A DNA stretch of 63,929 bases, filler included, from Reclinomonas americana ATCC 50394 (Eukaryota), in the NCBI GenBank assembly GCA_048213135.1. It is 20 parts of 20 records of this genome, joined end to end, with 100 filler letters (N's around TTAATTAATTAA, not from the genome) between each part and the next. Parts side by side here need not be neighbours in the genome. Positions count along the whole stretch, not along the records: positions 41,325 to 42,836 come from AFZH01021561.1; positions 42,937 to 46,265 come from AFZH01021562.1; positions 46,366 to 48,426 come from AFZH01021563.1; positions 48,527 to 49,555 come from AFZH01021564.1; positions 49,656 to 53,470 come from AFZH01021565.1; positions 53,571 to 60,017 come from AFZH01021566.1; 14 more parts are not named here. One strand, 5' to 3'. This document shows, one piece after another, positions 42,185 through 54,515 of this stretch. The notes under the pieces were generated by a model. The model searched no databases, was not told the DNA's origin, and saw only the letters and a program-made list of their open reading frames with translations. How positions within the stretch are numbered: position 1 is the first letter of the stretch; each line of letters opens with the position of its first letter. The position numbers and the translations under genes are program-made.

Positions 42185-42836
42185 CTAGGCCGTTGCTGAC
42201 GCGTCGAAGAAGATCCGCGCCACGTCCGGGGGAAGGTCTCTTCCATGAGGATCTGCCCGGCGACCGCGCAGATGAGGATTGAGATCCCGTTGAGGCGCTG
42301 CGACCCAGTCGACCGGCTCGTCAGGGGTGGTGAGGACCTTGAACGCGGACATGGGTGCGTAGGCGTCCGCGAGCGCTGAGGTCGCGTGTGAGAACTGCGT
42401 TGCCGTCCACCATGTGTCGCCGAAGCCGCCCGCGTCCTTGGTCTGCTTGGAGAAGTTGAGAACGGCGCGAGCTACGCCGATGAGGGATGTGTCGAGTGGC
42501 CCGAACTCCTCTAGGTCGATCTCGGGTGTGGTTTCGATGATGGTGACGGGCAGGCCCATCTCCTGAAGGTTTTTTGGGTGCCTGTCCGCGTACTGAGCTT
42601 CGGTGTCGAACTGGGCGCGGAGCCCCGCTGCTCGGTCGTAGGGGCCCCGCAATCACATCAGGCGCAGGGAGATCTCCATCACCGTGCGGGTGTTCGGCCC
42701 GGTGGCGCTCGTGCGTCCTTCTCGCGTCATCTCCCCGATCGCCAGGATCTGATCGTGAGCGGCGAGCACCCAGCCGATGACGGTCCGGCCGACGGGGTGG
42801 TGCTGATGGCCCGGTGGTCGATAGCGAGCACTGCGC
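42185..42836 (-). pseudogene. Possible DUF5677-like pseudogene
   Basis: RTVMEISLRLM-TGA-LRG in-frame stop near 42653-42655; QFSHAT motif. Confidence 0.35.
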
Positions 42837-42936
42837 NNNNNNNNNNNNNNNNNNNNNNNNNNNNNNNNNNNNNNNNNNNNTTAATTAATTAANNNNNNNN
42901 NNNNNNNNNNNNNNNNNNNNNNNNNNNNNNNNNNNN

Positions 42937-44126
42937 AGAGTGCAGGGAGAAGGGAGAAAAAGAGAGAGAGAGAGAGAGAAGGGATAAACCGAATGTGAGA
43001 GAGAAACAAAGGCGAATGAAGATCGTAGGACAACCTGTTCGGCAACTGTCGGGCGCGGGGTGGGGACAGCGGAAAGAAGAGAGGATAACATGCAAATCGG
43101 AAGTAAAGGAGAAGGGATGAACCAAACGAGAGGGAGAGAAATGAGTGAAGTGTGTACGGCGAGCGAAGGAATAGGGGACTATGCGAGACAACCTTTTCTG
43201 CGCCTGTGAGACGCGGGAGAGTACTATAAAAAGAGGAGAAATGACAGGATGCAAATCACGAGCTGGGATGGAGGGGATAGAGCAATCCGAGTGGAAGGAA
43301 ATGGAGAGAAGATAAACCGAATGCGACAGAAGGAAATCCCACGAGAGTCCCTGCTGCGCAACTGTCCGACGTGGGGTCCGAGTAGCTTTGGGGCACTGCT
43401 CAGAAAGAATAAATAAGCTGGAGGTCGGAAAAAACCGTACAGGCGACCCAGGGGCTACGCAACTGTAGATGAAGGCACAGACATAGTACAGCGCCATGCT
43501 CAGCACGCTGAATACGGCGTACGCAATGTGGCGCCCGGACCAACAAGGCAACCTGCACACACACACACAGCAATTATGAGTCACCAACATGTGCAACAGG
43601 ATGCCGCTCACACCATCACCACCGCTGCACTCACGTGGGATCGTCGTCGAGGTACGGCATGACTGGACATGCGCCGGGGGTGGCACACTCGTACGTGCAT
43701 GAGATGGCCGAGAACAGCTTGAAGTAGACCAGCACACAGAGCACCGAGTAGAAATACTCGACAAGCAGTGTGTTGTCCTTGAGGGCACGCAGGAAGCGCA
43801 CGTTGTTGTTGAGCAGGAGCAGCGAAAAGAGCAGCACCAGCGCGACCACCGGCCAAAAGGCGTACGGGTAGTACGCGGTGTTGTTCGGGATGCGGAGGAG
43901 GAAGACCGAGAAGACGTCGCGGAGGTTGCTGAGTGGCAAAGGGTGAGGCAAGGAGAAGGCGGAGAGGAGAGAGAGGGAGAGGGAGGCGAAGACAGGGAAG
44001 GAAGGAGAAGCAGAGGAAGCATGCGTGTGCGTGTGTGTGTGAGAGAGAGAGAGACGGAGAAGAGGGAGTAAATGTGCATCTTGGCACGATGCAACAGAAC
44101 AGAGAGTACGAGGGCATACAGAGATT

Positions 44127-44160
<34 letters not shown>

Positions 44161-45028
44161 GAAAGAGAGAGAGAGAAAGAGATAGAGAGAGCGCAGGCGA
44201 GAGCGATGGAAGAAGAGGAGGAGACCAAGGACAGAAAGCGCAAGGGCAGAAGAAGGAAGGCGGAGAGAACGCGGAGAGAGAGAGAGAGCGCGCGCGCGAG
44301 AACTGAGAAAACAAGCGGAGAATACAAACACAGAGTCCAATGGCGGTACAACAGGATCGGCGTGCGCGTGAGACAGCGACGGAGTGCGAGAGAGAAGAGA
44401 AGCGCGCATGCAAGAGGGCAGAGAAAAGAGGAGAATGCGAACGCGGAGTCCAATGGCGAAACAACAGAATCGGCGTGTGCGTGAGACAGCGAGAGCGTGC
44501 GAGAGAGAGAAGAGGAGCGCGCACCATGCAAGAGGGCAGAGAAAATAGGACAGAGAGAGAGAGAGAGAGAGAGCGCGAGAGAAGAAGTGGAGCATGAGGA
44601 CAGATGATGCAAGATCGATGTGTGTGCATATGTGTGCGTGAGAGAGAGAGAGAGAGAGAGAGTGAGAGGAATGCGTGCAAGAGAAGAGAGAGCGCACTTG
44701 CGGCGGAGAGAGAGAAACAGACAGACAGTCAGACACACAGAGAGAGAGAGAGAGAGAAGTGCCACTCCCCCCCCCGCACTCACCCTCCTCCACTCCACTT
44801 GACAGGCACGACAAACGCAAACGCGCACAGCTGAATCGTATCCAATAACAGTAATAGCACCACGCCCCACACTTTCCACGAGCGCCACGTCGGCACCGGC
44901 TTGTGCTCCTGCGAACCGATTCGATCCGACTGATACGCCTTCATCGACACGAACCAGCCAATCAGCCACGCCACGACAAACGGAAATCCAATCCCAAGTC
45001 CCGCGCGAATCGCCTCCGAGGTCACCAT
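42937..45028 (-). CDS. Eukaryotic multi-pass membrane protein, spliced, 3' partial
   Basis: Exons ~45028-44783, ~43931-43635 and ~43552-43440 with GT..AG boundaries; joined peptide YLDDDPTLPCWSGRHIAY. Confidence 0.65.
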
Positions 45029-46229
45029 TTTTTTCCCCACTCGCACAGTCACACTCGCTCTCTGTTGCACAAAAAAAGAAAATGGAAAAATTGTGACACA
45101 ATGCGCGTGTGTCTCTCTCCCTGTGTGTGATGAGTGTGTGCGTCACTGTCTCTTTTCGCTCTCTCCGCGTGTGTGTGTTTACCTGGTGTGTGCGTGAGAG
45201 TCCCCACTGGGTGTGTGGAGCGCGTGTGTGCGTGTGTGTGCGTTTCGCGTGTGCGTGTGAGAGTGTGTGTGAGAAAGTGGACAAATGCATTGACACGTCA
45301 TCATTTTTATGAGCGCAACTTCTCGCGTTGGTGTGTCCGGATACTACAGCTGCTTGGCTAATGTTGAGTGGGCACCAGGAAATGGAGACACCCCAGAACG
45401 GTACGAGAAAAAGTCGACATGCAAGTGCATTTACGCCATATATATACTGGCGTGTCTGCAAGCCTACGGGCAAAAAAAAAACGACCAGAACCTACGAATC
45501 TAAACATTATAATTACCATAGGAGCATGTTGATGTGCCGTCTAGAGTGAGCATCAGCGACGGGAATTGTTGGTGTTCCCAGCAATTTACGAGAAAAGGTC
45601 GAAATTCGTAAAACTGGCGCTTCTGCAAGTTTGCGTGCAATAGAAACAGCCGATTACTGTACGGGTCCAAACACAAGCACAGCAGCATTTTTATAAACCG
45701 TGTTGTCTAGCGTGAGCACCAGAATTCGGAGATTTCCCATAAAAATACAGGCGTTTCTGCAAACTTGCATGTGACATACACAGCAACAGCTGCAGTCGAT
45801 GAGTGCTCTAATCCAACGGCAACGCCGCTGCGTGGATGTGCCGTCTAGAGTGAGCACCACATCTGAATCCGATCGAAGCAGATATCGGCCGCGGTACCCG
45901 GTATCGCTATCGACAACCAGTTCCATCATATCCTTCCGACTTTACATGCAGCTTTCAGCTGGCATATAGGGCATCCAACTTCTGCGTACGACACGGGTTG
46001 AGAAGCGACAATTGCCAAACACGATCGCGAAGAGCAAAAGGTGGACCAGACATTCTATTCCGTCGGATCCATTGGCACTCTTCTCATTTAATTCTATTCT
46101 ATTCTCACTCGCGAGCGCTACTCGGTATGAAGGTGCGAGTGAGTTAGGAATGTGTGTAAGTGTCACACTCACAGAGAGTCAGTGAGTGCGCGCATTTGTG
46201 TGTGCGTCCCCCTCTCTAGATCTCTCTGT

Positions 46230-46265
<36 letters not shown>

Positions 46266-46483
46266 NNNNNNNNNNNNNNNNNNNNNNNNNNNNNNNNNNN
46301 NNNNNNNNNTTAATTAATTAANNNNNNNNNNNNNNNNNNNNNNNNNNNNNNNNNNNNNNNNNNNNACCGGAACGGAACGGGAAGGGTAAACGGAAACGGA
46401 ACGGAACGGTAACGGTACGTACGTACGTCGTCGTTCGTACGTACGTCGTCGTCGTCTCTCCTCTCTCTCCTCCTCCCTCCCTC

Positions 46484-46544
<61 letters not shown>

Positions 46545-46571
46545 GTGCTTGCATCTCACCGTGTGTTGCAG

Positions 46572-47621
46572 TTCTTCCGCACCTTGGAGGGCCACACCGC
46601 CGTGGTGCGCTCTGTTGCCTTTACTCTCGACGGTCAGCATCTAGTAAGCGGGAGTCATGACAAAACTCTCCGTTTGTGGTCACTGGCGAGTGGCGCGGAG
46701 GCGCGACGGTTGGAAGGACACATGGGTGAGGTGTTGTGTGTCACCGTCACTCTTGATAGTCAGCACGTCGTGAGTGGGAGTGCTGACGAGACCGTTCGCG
46801 TGTGGTCACTGGCCAATGGAGAGGAGGTGCGACGGATGGAGGGACATGCAAAGTGGGTGTTGTGTGTCGCTGTCACGCCTGACGGCCACCACATTGTGAG
46901 TGGTAGCGCCGACCAAACAGTGCGGATGTGGTCACTGGCGAGCGGCAGAGAAGTACGACGGTTTGTGGGGCACGCGGACTGGGTGCAGTCTGTCGCCGTC
47001 ACTCCCGATGGACAGCATGTTGTGAGTGGCAGTGATGACTGCACAGTACGATTGTGGTCACTGGCGAGTGGAGAGGAGGTGCGACAGTTGGAGGGACACG
47101 CTCGAGAGGTGTACTCTGTCGCCATCACTCCTGACGGTCAGTGCATTGTGAGAGGGGACGGTGAAGGGACAGTACGAGTGTGGTCACTGGCGAGTGGAGA
47201 GGAGGTGCGACAGTTGGAGGGACACGCACGAGAGGTGTACTCTGTCGCCGTCACTCCGGACGGCCAGCACGTGGTGAGTGGCAGTGAGGACGCGACGGTG
47301 CGAGTGTGGTCACTGGCAAGTGGAGAGGAGGTGCTCCGGTTGGAGGGACATTCAGGTCAGGGTGTCTTGTCGGTTGCCGTCACACGCGATGGTCAGCACA
47401 TTGCGAGCGGGCATTACGACTGCGCAGTGCGTGTGTGGTCCACTGCACGCGGTCTTGCGCAATGGGAACTCGGCATTGCGAGGATGGCCATGCAGGCCGT
47501 GCAGGAGAAGATGGAAGAAGAGTCGCGATGCCTGGCCGAGCTGGTGTTGCGCTGTTTCATTGTCGAGGATGCCGAAGTCGTGCTGTTTCGCTGCTCCGTC
47601 GACGAGGCTGTGAGCAAGTGA
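46572..47621 (+). CDS. WD40-repeat protein copy 1 (7 repeats plus helical tail); first exon missing
   Basis: GH...VAVTPDGQHVVSGS.D.TVRVWSL repeats; TGCAG acceptor ending at 46571. Confidence 0.9.
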   Translation, partial: FFRTLEGHTAVVRSVAFTLDGQHLVSGSHDKTLRLWSLASGAEARRLEGHMGEVLCVTVTLDSQHVVSGSADETVRVWSLANGEEVRRMEGHAKWVLCVAVTPDGHHIVSGSADQTVRMWSLASGREVRRFVGHADWVQSVAVTPDGQHVVSGSDDCTVRLWSLASGEEVRQLEGHAREVYSVAITPDGQCIVRGDGEGTVRVWSLASGEEVRQLEGHAREVYSVAVTPDGQHVVSGSEDATVRVWSLASGEEVLRLEGHSGQGVLSVAVTRDGQHIASGHYDCAVRVWSTARGLAQWELGIARMAMQAVQEKMEEESRCLAELVLRCFIVEDAEVVLFRCSVDEAVSK

Positions 47622-47736
47622 CGGAATGCGAAGGGGTAGGTGATGAATGAAGTCGTTGCTTAGGTCCTGTGTTTCCATTATGACAAAGGCCGACAAACAG
47701 ACAGCGGTCTCTCACTCACGGAAAGCACAGCACGGC

Positions 47737-48426
47737 ATGAAGGTGTGTGTGTGAGAGTGTGTGTGTGTGTTTGAAAGAGAGAGGGAGGAAGCGAGTCAGT
47801 GGGTGCGCGCGTGTGTGCGTCTCTCTCTCTCTCTCACACACACACACTCACTGTGCTTGCATCTCACCGTGTGTTGCAGTTCTTCCGCACCTTGGAGGGC
47901 CACACCGCCGTGGTACGCTCTGTTGCCTTTACTCTCGACGGTCAGCATCTAGTAAGCGGGAGTCATGACAAAACTCTCCGTTTGTGGTCACTGGCGAGTG
48001 GCGCGGAGGTGCGACGGTTGGAGGGACACATGAGTGCGGTGTTGTGTATCACCGTCACCCCCGATGGTCAGCATGTCGTGAGTGGCAGCTGGGACAAGAC
48101 AGTGCGGGTGTGGTCACTGGCCAGTGGAGAAGAGGTGCGACGGATGGAGCACGCGAACTCCGTGTTGTGTGTCGCCATCGCGCCTGATGGCCACCACATT
48201 GTGAGTGGTAGCGCCGACCGAACACTGCGGGTGTGGTCACTGGCGAGTGGCAGAGAAATACGACAGTTTGTGGGGCACGCGAACTGGGTGAGGTCTGTCG
48301 CCGTCACTCCCGATGGGCAGCACGTTGTGAGTGGGTGCGATGGCAGCACTATTCGGGTGTGGTCACTGACGAGTGGAGAAGAAGTGCGACGGTGTAAGGG
48401 GCACACTGACCCGGTGTACTCTATCG
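47737..48426 (+). CDS. WD40-repeat protein copy 2, 3' partial, with a 6-nt coding first exon
   Basis: ATGAAG|GT (47743) ... CAG|TTCTTC (47880) gives MKFFRTLEGH. Confidence 0.85.
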
Positions 48427-48533
48427 NNNNNNNNNNNNNNNNNNNNNNNNNNNNNNNNNNNNNNNNNNNNTTAATTAATTAANNNNNNNNNNNNNNNNNN
48501 NNNNNNNNNNNNNNNNNNNNNNNNNNGTTTCAG

Positions 48534-49555
48534 TTGTTCCGCACCTTGAAGGGCCACGTCACCTCGGTGCGCACTGTGGCTATCACTCCCGATGGTCAGC
48601 ACGTTGTGAGTGGTGACTGGGAAGGAATTGTGTGCGTGGGGTCACTCACGAGTGGCCATGGAGAAGAGATGCGACAGCTGAAAGGACACACTAATTCAGT
48701 GGTGTCAGTCGCTGTCACTCCCGATGGCCAGCACGTTGTGAGCGGCAGCTGGGACAAGACCGTACGCGTGTGGTCACTGGCCAGTGGAGAGGAGGTGCGA
48801 CGGATGGACGGGCATGCAAAGTGGGTGTTGTGTGTCGCCGTCACGCCTGATGGACAGCACGTAGTGAGTGGTAGCGCCGACCAAACACTGCGGGTGTGGT
48901 CACTGGCGAGTGGAGAAGAGGTACGCCAAATGGAGGGACATGCGAACTGGGTGCAGTCTGTCGCCGTCACTCCCGATGGGCAGTATGTGGTGAGCGGGAG
49001 CAGTGACAAGACAGTGCGTGTGTGGTCACTGGCGAGTGGGGAGGAGGTGCGCCGGCTTGACGGGCACATTTTCCCGGTGTGCTCTGTCGCCGTCACTCCT
49101 GATGGTCGCTGCATTGTGAGCGGGAGTGAGGACGGCACTGTACGAGTGTGGTCACGCACGAGTGGCGAGGAGGTGCGCCGGTTTCATGGCCACACTGACC
49201 CGGTGTACACTGTCGCCGTCACTCCCGATGGCCGGCATGTAGTGAGTGGGGGCGAGGACGCGACAGTGCGAGTGTGGTCGCTGGCCAGTGGCGAGGAGGT
49301 ACGACGGTTGGAGCACCATCAAGCAGTGAACTCTGTCGCCCTCGCCGCCAACGGTCTGCATATTGCGAGCGGGGATGACGACGGCACAGTGCTTGTGTGG
49401 TCCACTGCACGCGGTCTTGCGCAATGGGAGCTCGGCATCGCCAGGATGGCCATGCAGGCCGTGCAGGAGACGATGCAAGAAGAGTCGCGGTGCCTGGCCG
49501 AGCTGGTGCTGCGCTGCTTCATTGTCGAGGATGCCGAAGTCGTGCTGTTTCGCTG
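48534..49555 (+). CDS. WD40-repeat protein copy 3, partial
   Basis: 7 repeats; same ARGLAQWELGIARMAMQ tail as copy 1. Confidence 0.9.
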
Positions 49556-49937
49556 NNNNNNNNNNNNNNNNNNNNNNNNNNNNNNNNNNNNNNNNNNNNT
49601 TAATTAATTAANNNNNNNNNNNNNNNNNNNNNNNNNNNNNNNNNNNNNNNNNNNNGGAGGGAGGCTATATGTACTTACACAGTGAAAACCGCAGCGGATG
49701 GTTCGCTTACCGTTTGCGATCTTTTGTTGCATTCTTCCTTTGTCTTTCTCGCTCTCGTCGTCGGTGATGAGCATTGTGTCGTTCATTTCTTTTGGCGATT
49801 CTGGGTCATGAACAGCCATCGCCAACTCCAAGAAGAAGTTTGGGCAGAATAACAGAGAAGAGAGAGAGAAGAATTCTTCTGTTTTACTCAGCAATCTGCA
49901 CAGCGAAAACCGCAGCGGATCATGTGCGCGCTCTGTC

Positions 49938-51025
49938 TCACTTGCGCTCCTTCTTCTTGTCGGCGTTGCGCTTGAGGATGATGAGGATGCGCACAAAGAT
50001 GGCCACGGCGTCGACAAAGAGGTCGACGGCGTGCGCCACAAAGTCCTTGTCGCCAGCGTGGAAGCGCTCGACGATCATTTGGGTGTGGAAGAGCACGTAG
50101 CTGCGAGCGGGGGCAAAGGGGTGAGGGGATGAGGAGAGGGGGAGGTGGGAGCAGCGAGAACGACTCACCCGCAGAAGATCAACAGGCCGCCGTACAGCTG
50201 GATGTCGCCGAGGAAGCTGCCGCGCCAGAACAGGTTGAACAGCGACAGCCAGAAGAGGATGGACACGGCCGACGACAGCAGTCCGCCCTGCGCCCGACGA
50301 GGAGGAGATGGTGAGCACTTTGTAAAGGACATGGTCGCACAAGGGCTGGCGACATGATTCGCAGAGGGAGAGGCAAGAGCGGAAACGAGGAGCACAACGA
50401 AAACAAACGGAGACTCAATGTGCGCCGCGTGCAAGTCTCTGCCTCTGTCTACGCCTTGCCATTAATCTCTCTCTCTCTCACATCGCCTTCTGCATCATCC
50501 GCTGTTCTCTTCCAACCCCACACACAAACAAGCACAGAGACAGTTTCTGTTAAGAAACGAGAGTGGATGACGCAGAGGGCGGGAGGGAGGGGAAAGAGAG
50601 CGTGGGAAGGTGAGACGAAAGCGAGTAATCATTTCAGTACTCTCCGGCTGTTGACGAATTCACACCCCACAAACAAACAGGCATGGAGATTGTTTCTGTC
50701 ATGAGCATGATTTCCCAGCTCTCTCTCGCCGCCTGCAATTTCCCCTCTCGTTTGCTCCTTTCTGTCACCTCCTCGCAACCCACACAAAACAAGCAGAGAG
50801 AAAGTTCCCGTTGCCATGATTCTCTGTTCGTCCCATCTCGCGCTCTCTTGCCTCGCTCCCAACCACTCATTCACTCTCTTACCCCCTCGACTTCTACATT
50901 ATCCGCTCCTGTTTTCTTTTCTAAGGTTGCTGCCGTCCTCTCACAACAATCAAAGAGAAATTTTGCGTCCCTCTCTCTCTCCTCCCTCCTCTCTCCTCCT
51001 CCTCTCTCTCTCTCTCTCTTCCTTC

Positions 51026-51065
<40 letters not shown>

Positions 51066-52069
51066 CCTCCCCCTTCTCCCCACACTCACCAGCCAAAACA
51101 TCGCACGACGGCGCGCAAAGTACGCGCTCCCCGACAGCGCCGTGAAAATGGCCGCGGTGCCGACCACCGCCCGCATCACCATTGCGCTGCCCTCCACATC
51201 CGTCGCCAACACCATTTCGATCAGCGGCGCAATGCTCATTCCCTGCATGGCGCCAAACGCCGCCAGCAGCGCCCACCGACGCGCATTGATCACGGGACCC
51301 GTGTGCATCACTGCCAGCATGCATCCGATGACGCCGAGGAAGCAGAGAATGGAGGGCAGCGGGAGGATCCACGCGTGCAGGGCGACGCCAATGGCCGCGC
51401 TGACGGAGCACACGGCGAGGGCTGCAAGAGGGGGAGGAAGGTGGGTGAGTGGGGATGGGGAAGGAGCAGGAGGAGGAGGAGGAGGAGGAGGGGAAAGAGG
51501 GGGAAAGAGGGGAAAGGAGGGGGAGGAGGAAGGTAAGGAAGGAGGAGGAGGAGGAGGAGAAGGAGGAGGAGGGGAGAAGAACAACGACAACAGAACAGAA
51601 AAACGCTGGAAGGAACAGAGAAGAAGAAGAACAAGGAGAAGGCGGAGAAGACTATGAAAGGAGGAGGAGAAGAACAATAACAACAACAGCAAGCAGACAG
51701 AATGAAGGCAAGTCGTCACAATTCCCCGCTCTCTCTTTCCCATACTCTTCTCACTCTCTCACTCTCTCAGTGTATGTACGCGAATGTGCTAGTGAGAACT
51801 GTGTGAGAACAGAGATTCGGTGTGCACATTGTGGTCTTCAGGGCAACACCAAGTTGTCACCTCCCCCTTTCTCTCTCACACACTCTCTCCTTGCCCCTCC
51901 CTCCTTCTCTCTCTCTCTCTCACACAGACTGTGCACAATGACGTCACTCACCAACATACACGCGCGTGAGGTGCGTCTGCACAGTCACTGAAAAGTCACT
52001 GACATTGAAGATGGCCTCGGCGGAGAGCTTGCCGCGGCTGAAGAGAGAAGAGGAAGACGCAGAGGCCAT
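49938..52069 (-). CDS. TMBIM6: Bax inhibitor-1 (TMBIM family), 4 exons
   Basis: Exons ~52069-51952, ~51421-51090, ~50288-50169 and ~50100-49938; VQTHLTRVY, IFTALSGSA..ARRR, TQMIVE..GDKDFVAHAVDLFVD, basic C-terminal tail. Confidence 0.88.
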
Positions 52070-52449
52070 GTTGTGTGAGTGGAGTGTGTTTCTTGGCTCT
52101 TGACACGTGTAAGGAAACGAGGATTGCGTCGTCGGAGATTCGGGCGGGACAGCGTTGAAGTTCGTCGCAACGTGAGGTTTTTAGGGTGTGTGCAGCTGCA
52201 AACAACAGCAGCAACTGCTTGAAGACAAGCAGCAACATGTGACCTTCAGTGAGCCTGAGAATGGTGAGAACAGCGGAGGAGAATGACGACATCGACTTGC
52301 AATTGGCGAATGCGCGCTTGCGTTCTCTTGCAACCATGGCTTGTGGCACGCAGTGACTGTGGAGAGGTGTTATGTGTGAGCGCACGGACGCGGGTGATGT
52401 GTTGCTGACGTTTTGTGCGCGGAAAGTCCTCGTTAGGTTGTCAGACGAG

Positions 52450-53470
52450 ATGGCGACGAAAGTGTGTGTTGTGTGTTCCGTGTTTGTTGCAACTGTGTCT
52501 CACTGTGTGTGTGGATGTTGAGGGCACAGGTTCTGGAGGGGCACACTGATGCGGTGATGTCTGTTGCCGCAACTCCCGATGGTCAGCACATTATCAGCGG
52601 CAGTGATGACAAGTCCGTGCGCGTGTGGTCACTGGTGAGTGGCGAGGAAGTCCGGCGGATGGAAGGGCACACCGATGCGGTGGAGTCTGTCGCTGTCACT
52701 CCCGATGGTCAATTCGTCGTGAGTTGCGGTGACAAGACAGTGCGCGTGTGGTCACTGGCGAGTGGGGAGGAGGTGCGGCGGCTGGAGGGACACACTGGTT
52801 GGGTGTGCTATGTCACCGTCACTCCCGACGGGCAGCATGTGGTGAGTGGTGGTGATGACAAGACAGTGTGCGTGTGGTCACTGGCAAGTGGCGAAGAATT
52901 GCGACGGTTGGAGGGACACATCGGTGTAGTAATCGCTGTCGCCGTCTCTTTCGACGGTCAGCACGTGGTGAGCGGCAGCGACGACAAGACAGTGCGGGTG
53001 TGGTTCTTGGCAAGTGGCGAAGAATTCCGACGGTTCGAGGGACACACTGATGTTGTGTGGTCTGTCGCCGTCTCTCCCGATGGTCAATACATAATCAGCG
53101 GAAGCGGAGACAGGACGGTGCGGGTGTGGTCACTGGCAAGTGGCCAAGAATTGCGACGGTTGGACGGACACAGTGAACGGGTGATGTCTGTCGCCGTCAC
53201 TACAGATGGTCAGCACGTTGTCAGCGGCAGTGAAGACAAGACAGTGCGCGTGTGGTCACTGGTGAGTGGCGAAGAGGTGAGAAGGTTGGAGGGACACATC
53301 GGTGTGGTAAACGCTATCGCTGTCTCTCTTGATGGTCAACACATCGTGAGCGGTGGAGACAACACAGTGCGTGTGTGGTCGCTGGCGAATGGAGGAGTAG
53401 CTCGACAGTCGGAGGGACATGCAGATGGTTGGGACGACGTTGTGCGAGGTTTGTGCTCAGCATGCATCCA
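52450..53470 (+). CDS. WD40-repeat protein copy 4, 3' partial, with a 12-nt first coding exon
   Basis: ATGGCGACGAAA|GT ... CAG|GTTCTGGAGGGGCAC gives MATKVLEGH. Confidence 0.85.
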
Positions 53471-53570
53471 NNNNNNNNNNNNNNNNNNNNNNNNNNNNNN
53501 NNNNNNNNNNNNNNTTAATTAATTAANNNNNNNNNNNNNNNNNNNNNNNNNNNNNNNNNNNNNNNNNNNN

Positions 53571-54375
53571 GGTGCCTGGTGTACAAGGCCCTCGAGTGCG
53601 TCTCACCTATTGTCTCGTATCTTGCTGCCGCACTCACCCTGGAGGCCACATAGATCCCAAAACCTGGAAGACCTCCTTCTCCTTCCGCGTGCCGGCCGTG
53701 CTCCACTCTCTGTCGTGCAACGCGTGCAGATTGGCCTGGGACTGGCCGAGGCCGTGGTGTTCTTGCACAAGGTCCGTGAGATGGAGAGTGATCTCTCTCG
53801 CTCTCCTTCCATCTGACCATCACCGTGCCTCGGTCACAGAACAATGTGGTGCACCGTGACATCAAGCCCTCCAATGTACTCCTGGACCACCGACTGGAGT
53901 CGTGTCTCGGCGACTTTGGCATTGCGCGTTCCATCGCCGCTGGCAATGTTTTGTCGTTCTTCGTGCCTTTCGTATGACTTCTCACTCACCTGTCTCTTTC
54001 ACCTCGCAGACCACCACCGCCGTCGGCACACTGGACTACATGGACCCACTGCACATGCACTCGAGGAGCCCACAGCCCGAGAGCGACGTCTTCTCCACAG
54101 GCATTGTGCTCGTGCAACTGGTCACCGGCAAATCCGTCACGTCCGTGCGCGAGTGGTTGAGTGCGTGGGACCGACAGCCTACTTCCATCCGCGTGATGGA
54201 GCTGGTGGACGCCGGTGAAGGCGTGGAGTGGACGCCGCGCATCGCCGAACCCATGTTCGAGCTCGGCATGCGATGCATGAGTTTGCGGCGGGACCGGCCG
54301 GCGGCGCCGGAGGTGCTGGAGGTGATGCGCGCGGTGCGCGAGGCGTGCGGGCAGTTTACGTTGATTGTGGGATGA
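53571..54375 (+). CDS. Protein kinase, Pelle/IRAK/RLK-like, spliced, 5' partial
   Basis: QRVQIGLGLAEAVVFLH|VVHRDIKPSNVLLD..LGDFGIAR|VGTLDYMDP..SDVFSTGIVLVQLVTG. Confidence 0.85.
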
Positions 54376-54515
54376 GTGAGTGAGAGTTTTGTTTGTTGTA
54401 TTCAGAGAAGCATTGAATGGTGTTGTTTTCTTGACAGCGAGGAGCGAGGCCACGCCCTAAGATGAAGTTGCAGTGTTTTTTTGATATCACATGTCCCGCA
54501 TCTCTCAGCACGAGG

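Noticed and set aside
42889..45473. 600+ aa ORFs rich in LSLSLS or ERERER
   Set aside because: Read-through of intronic (CT)n microsatellites.
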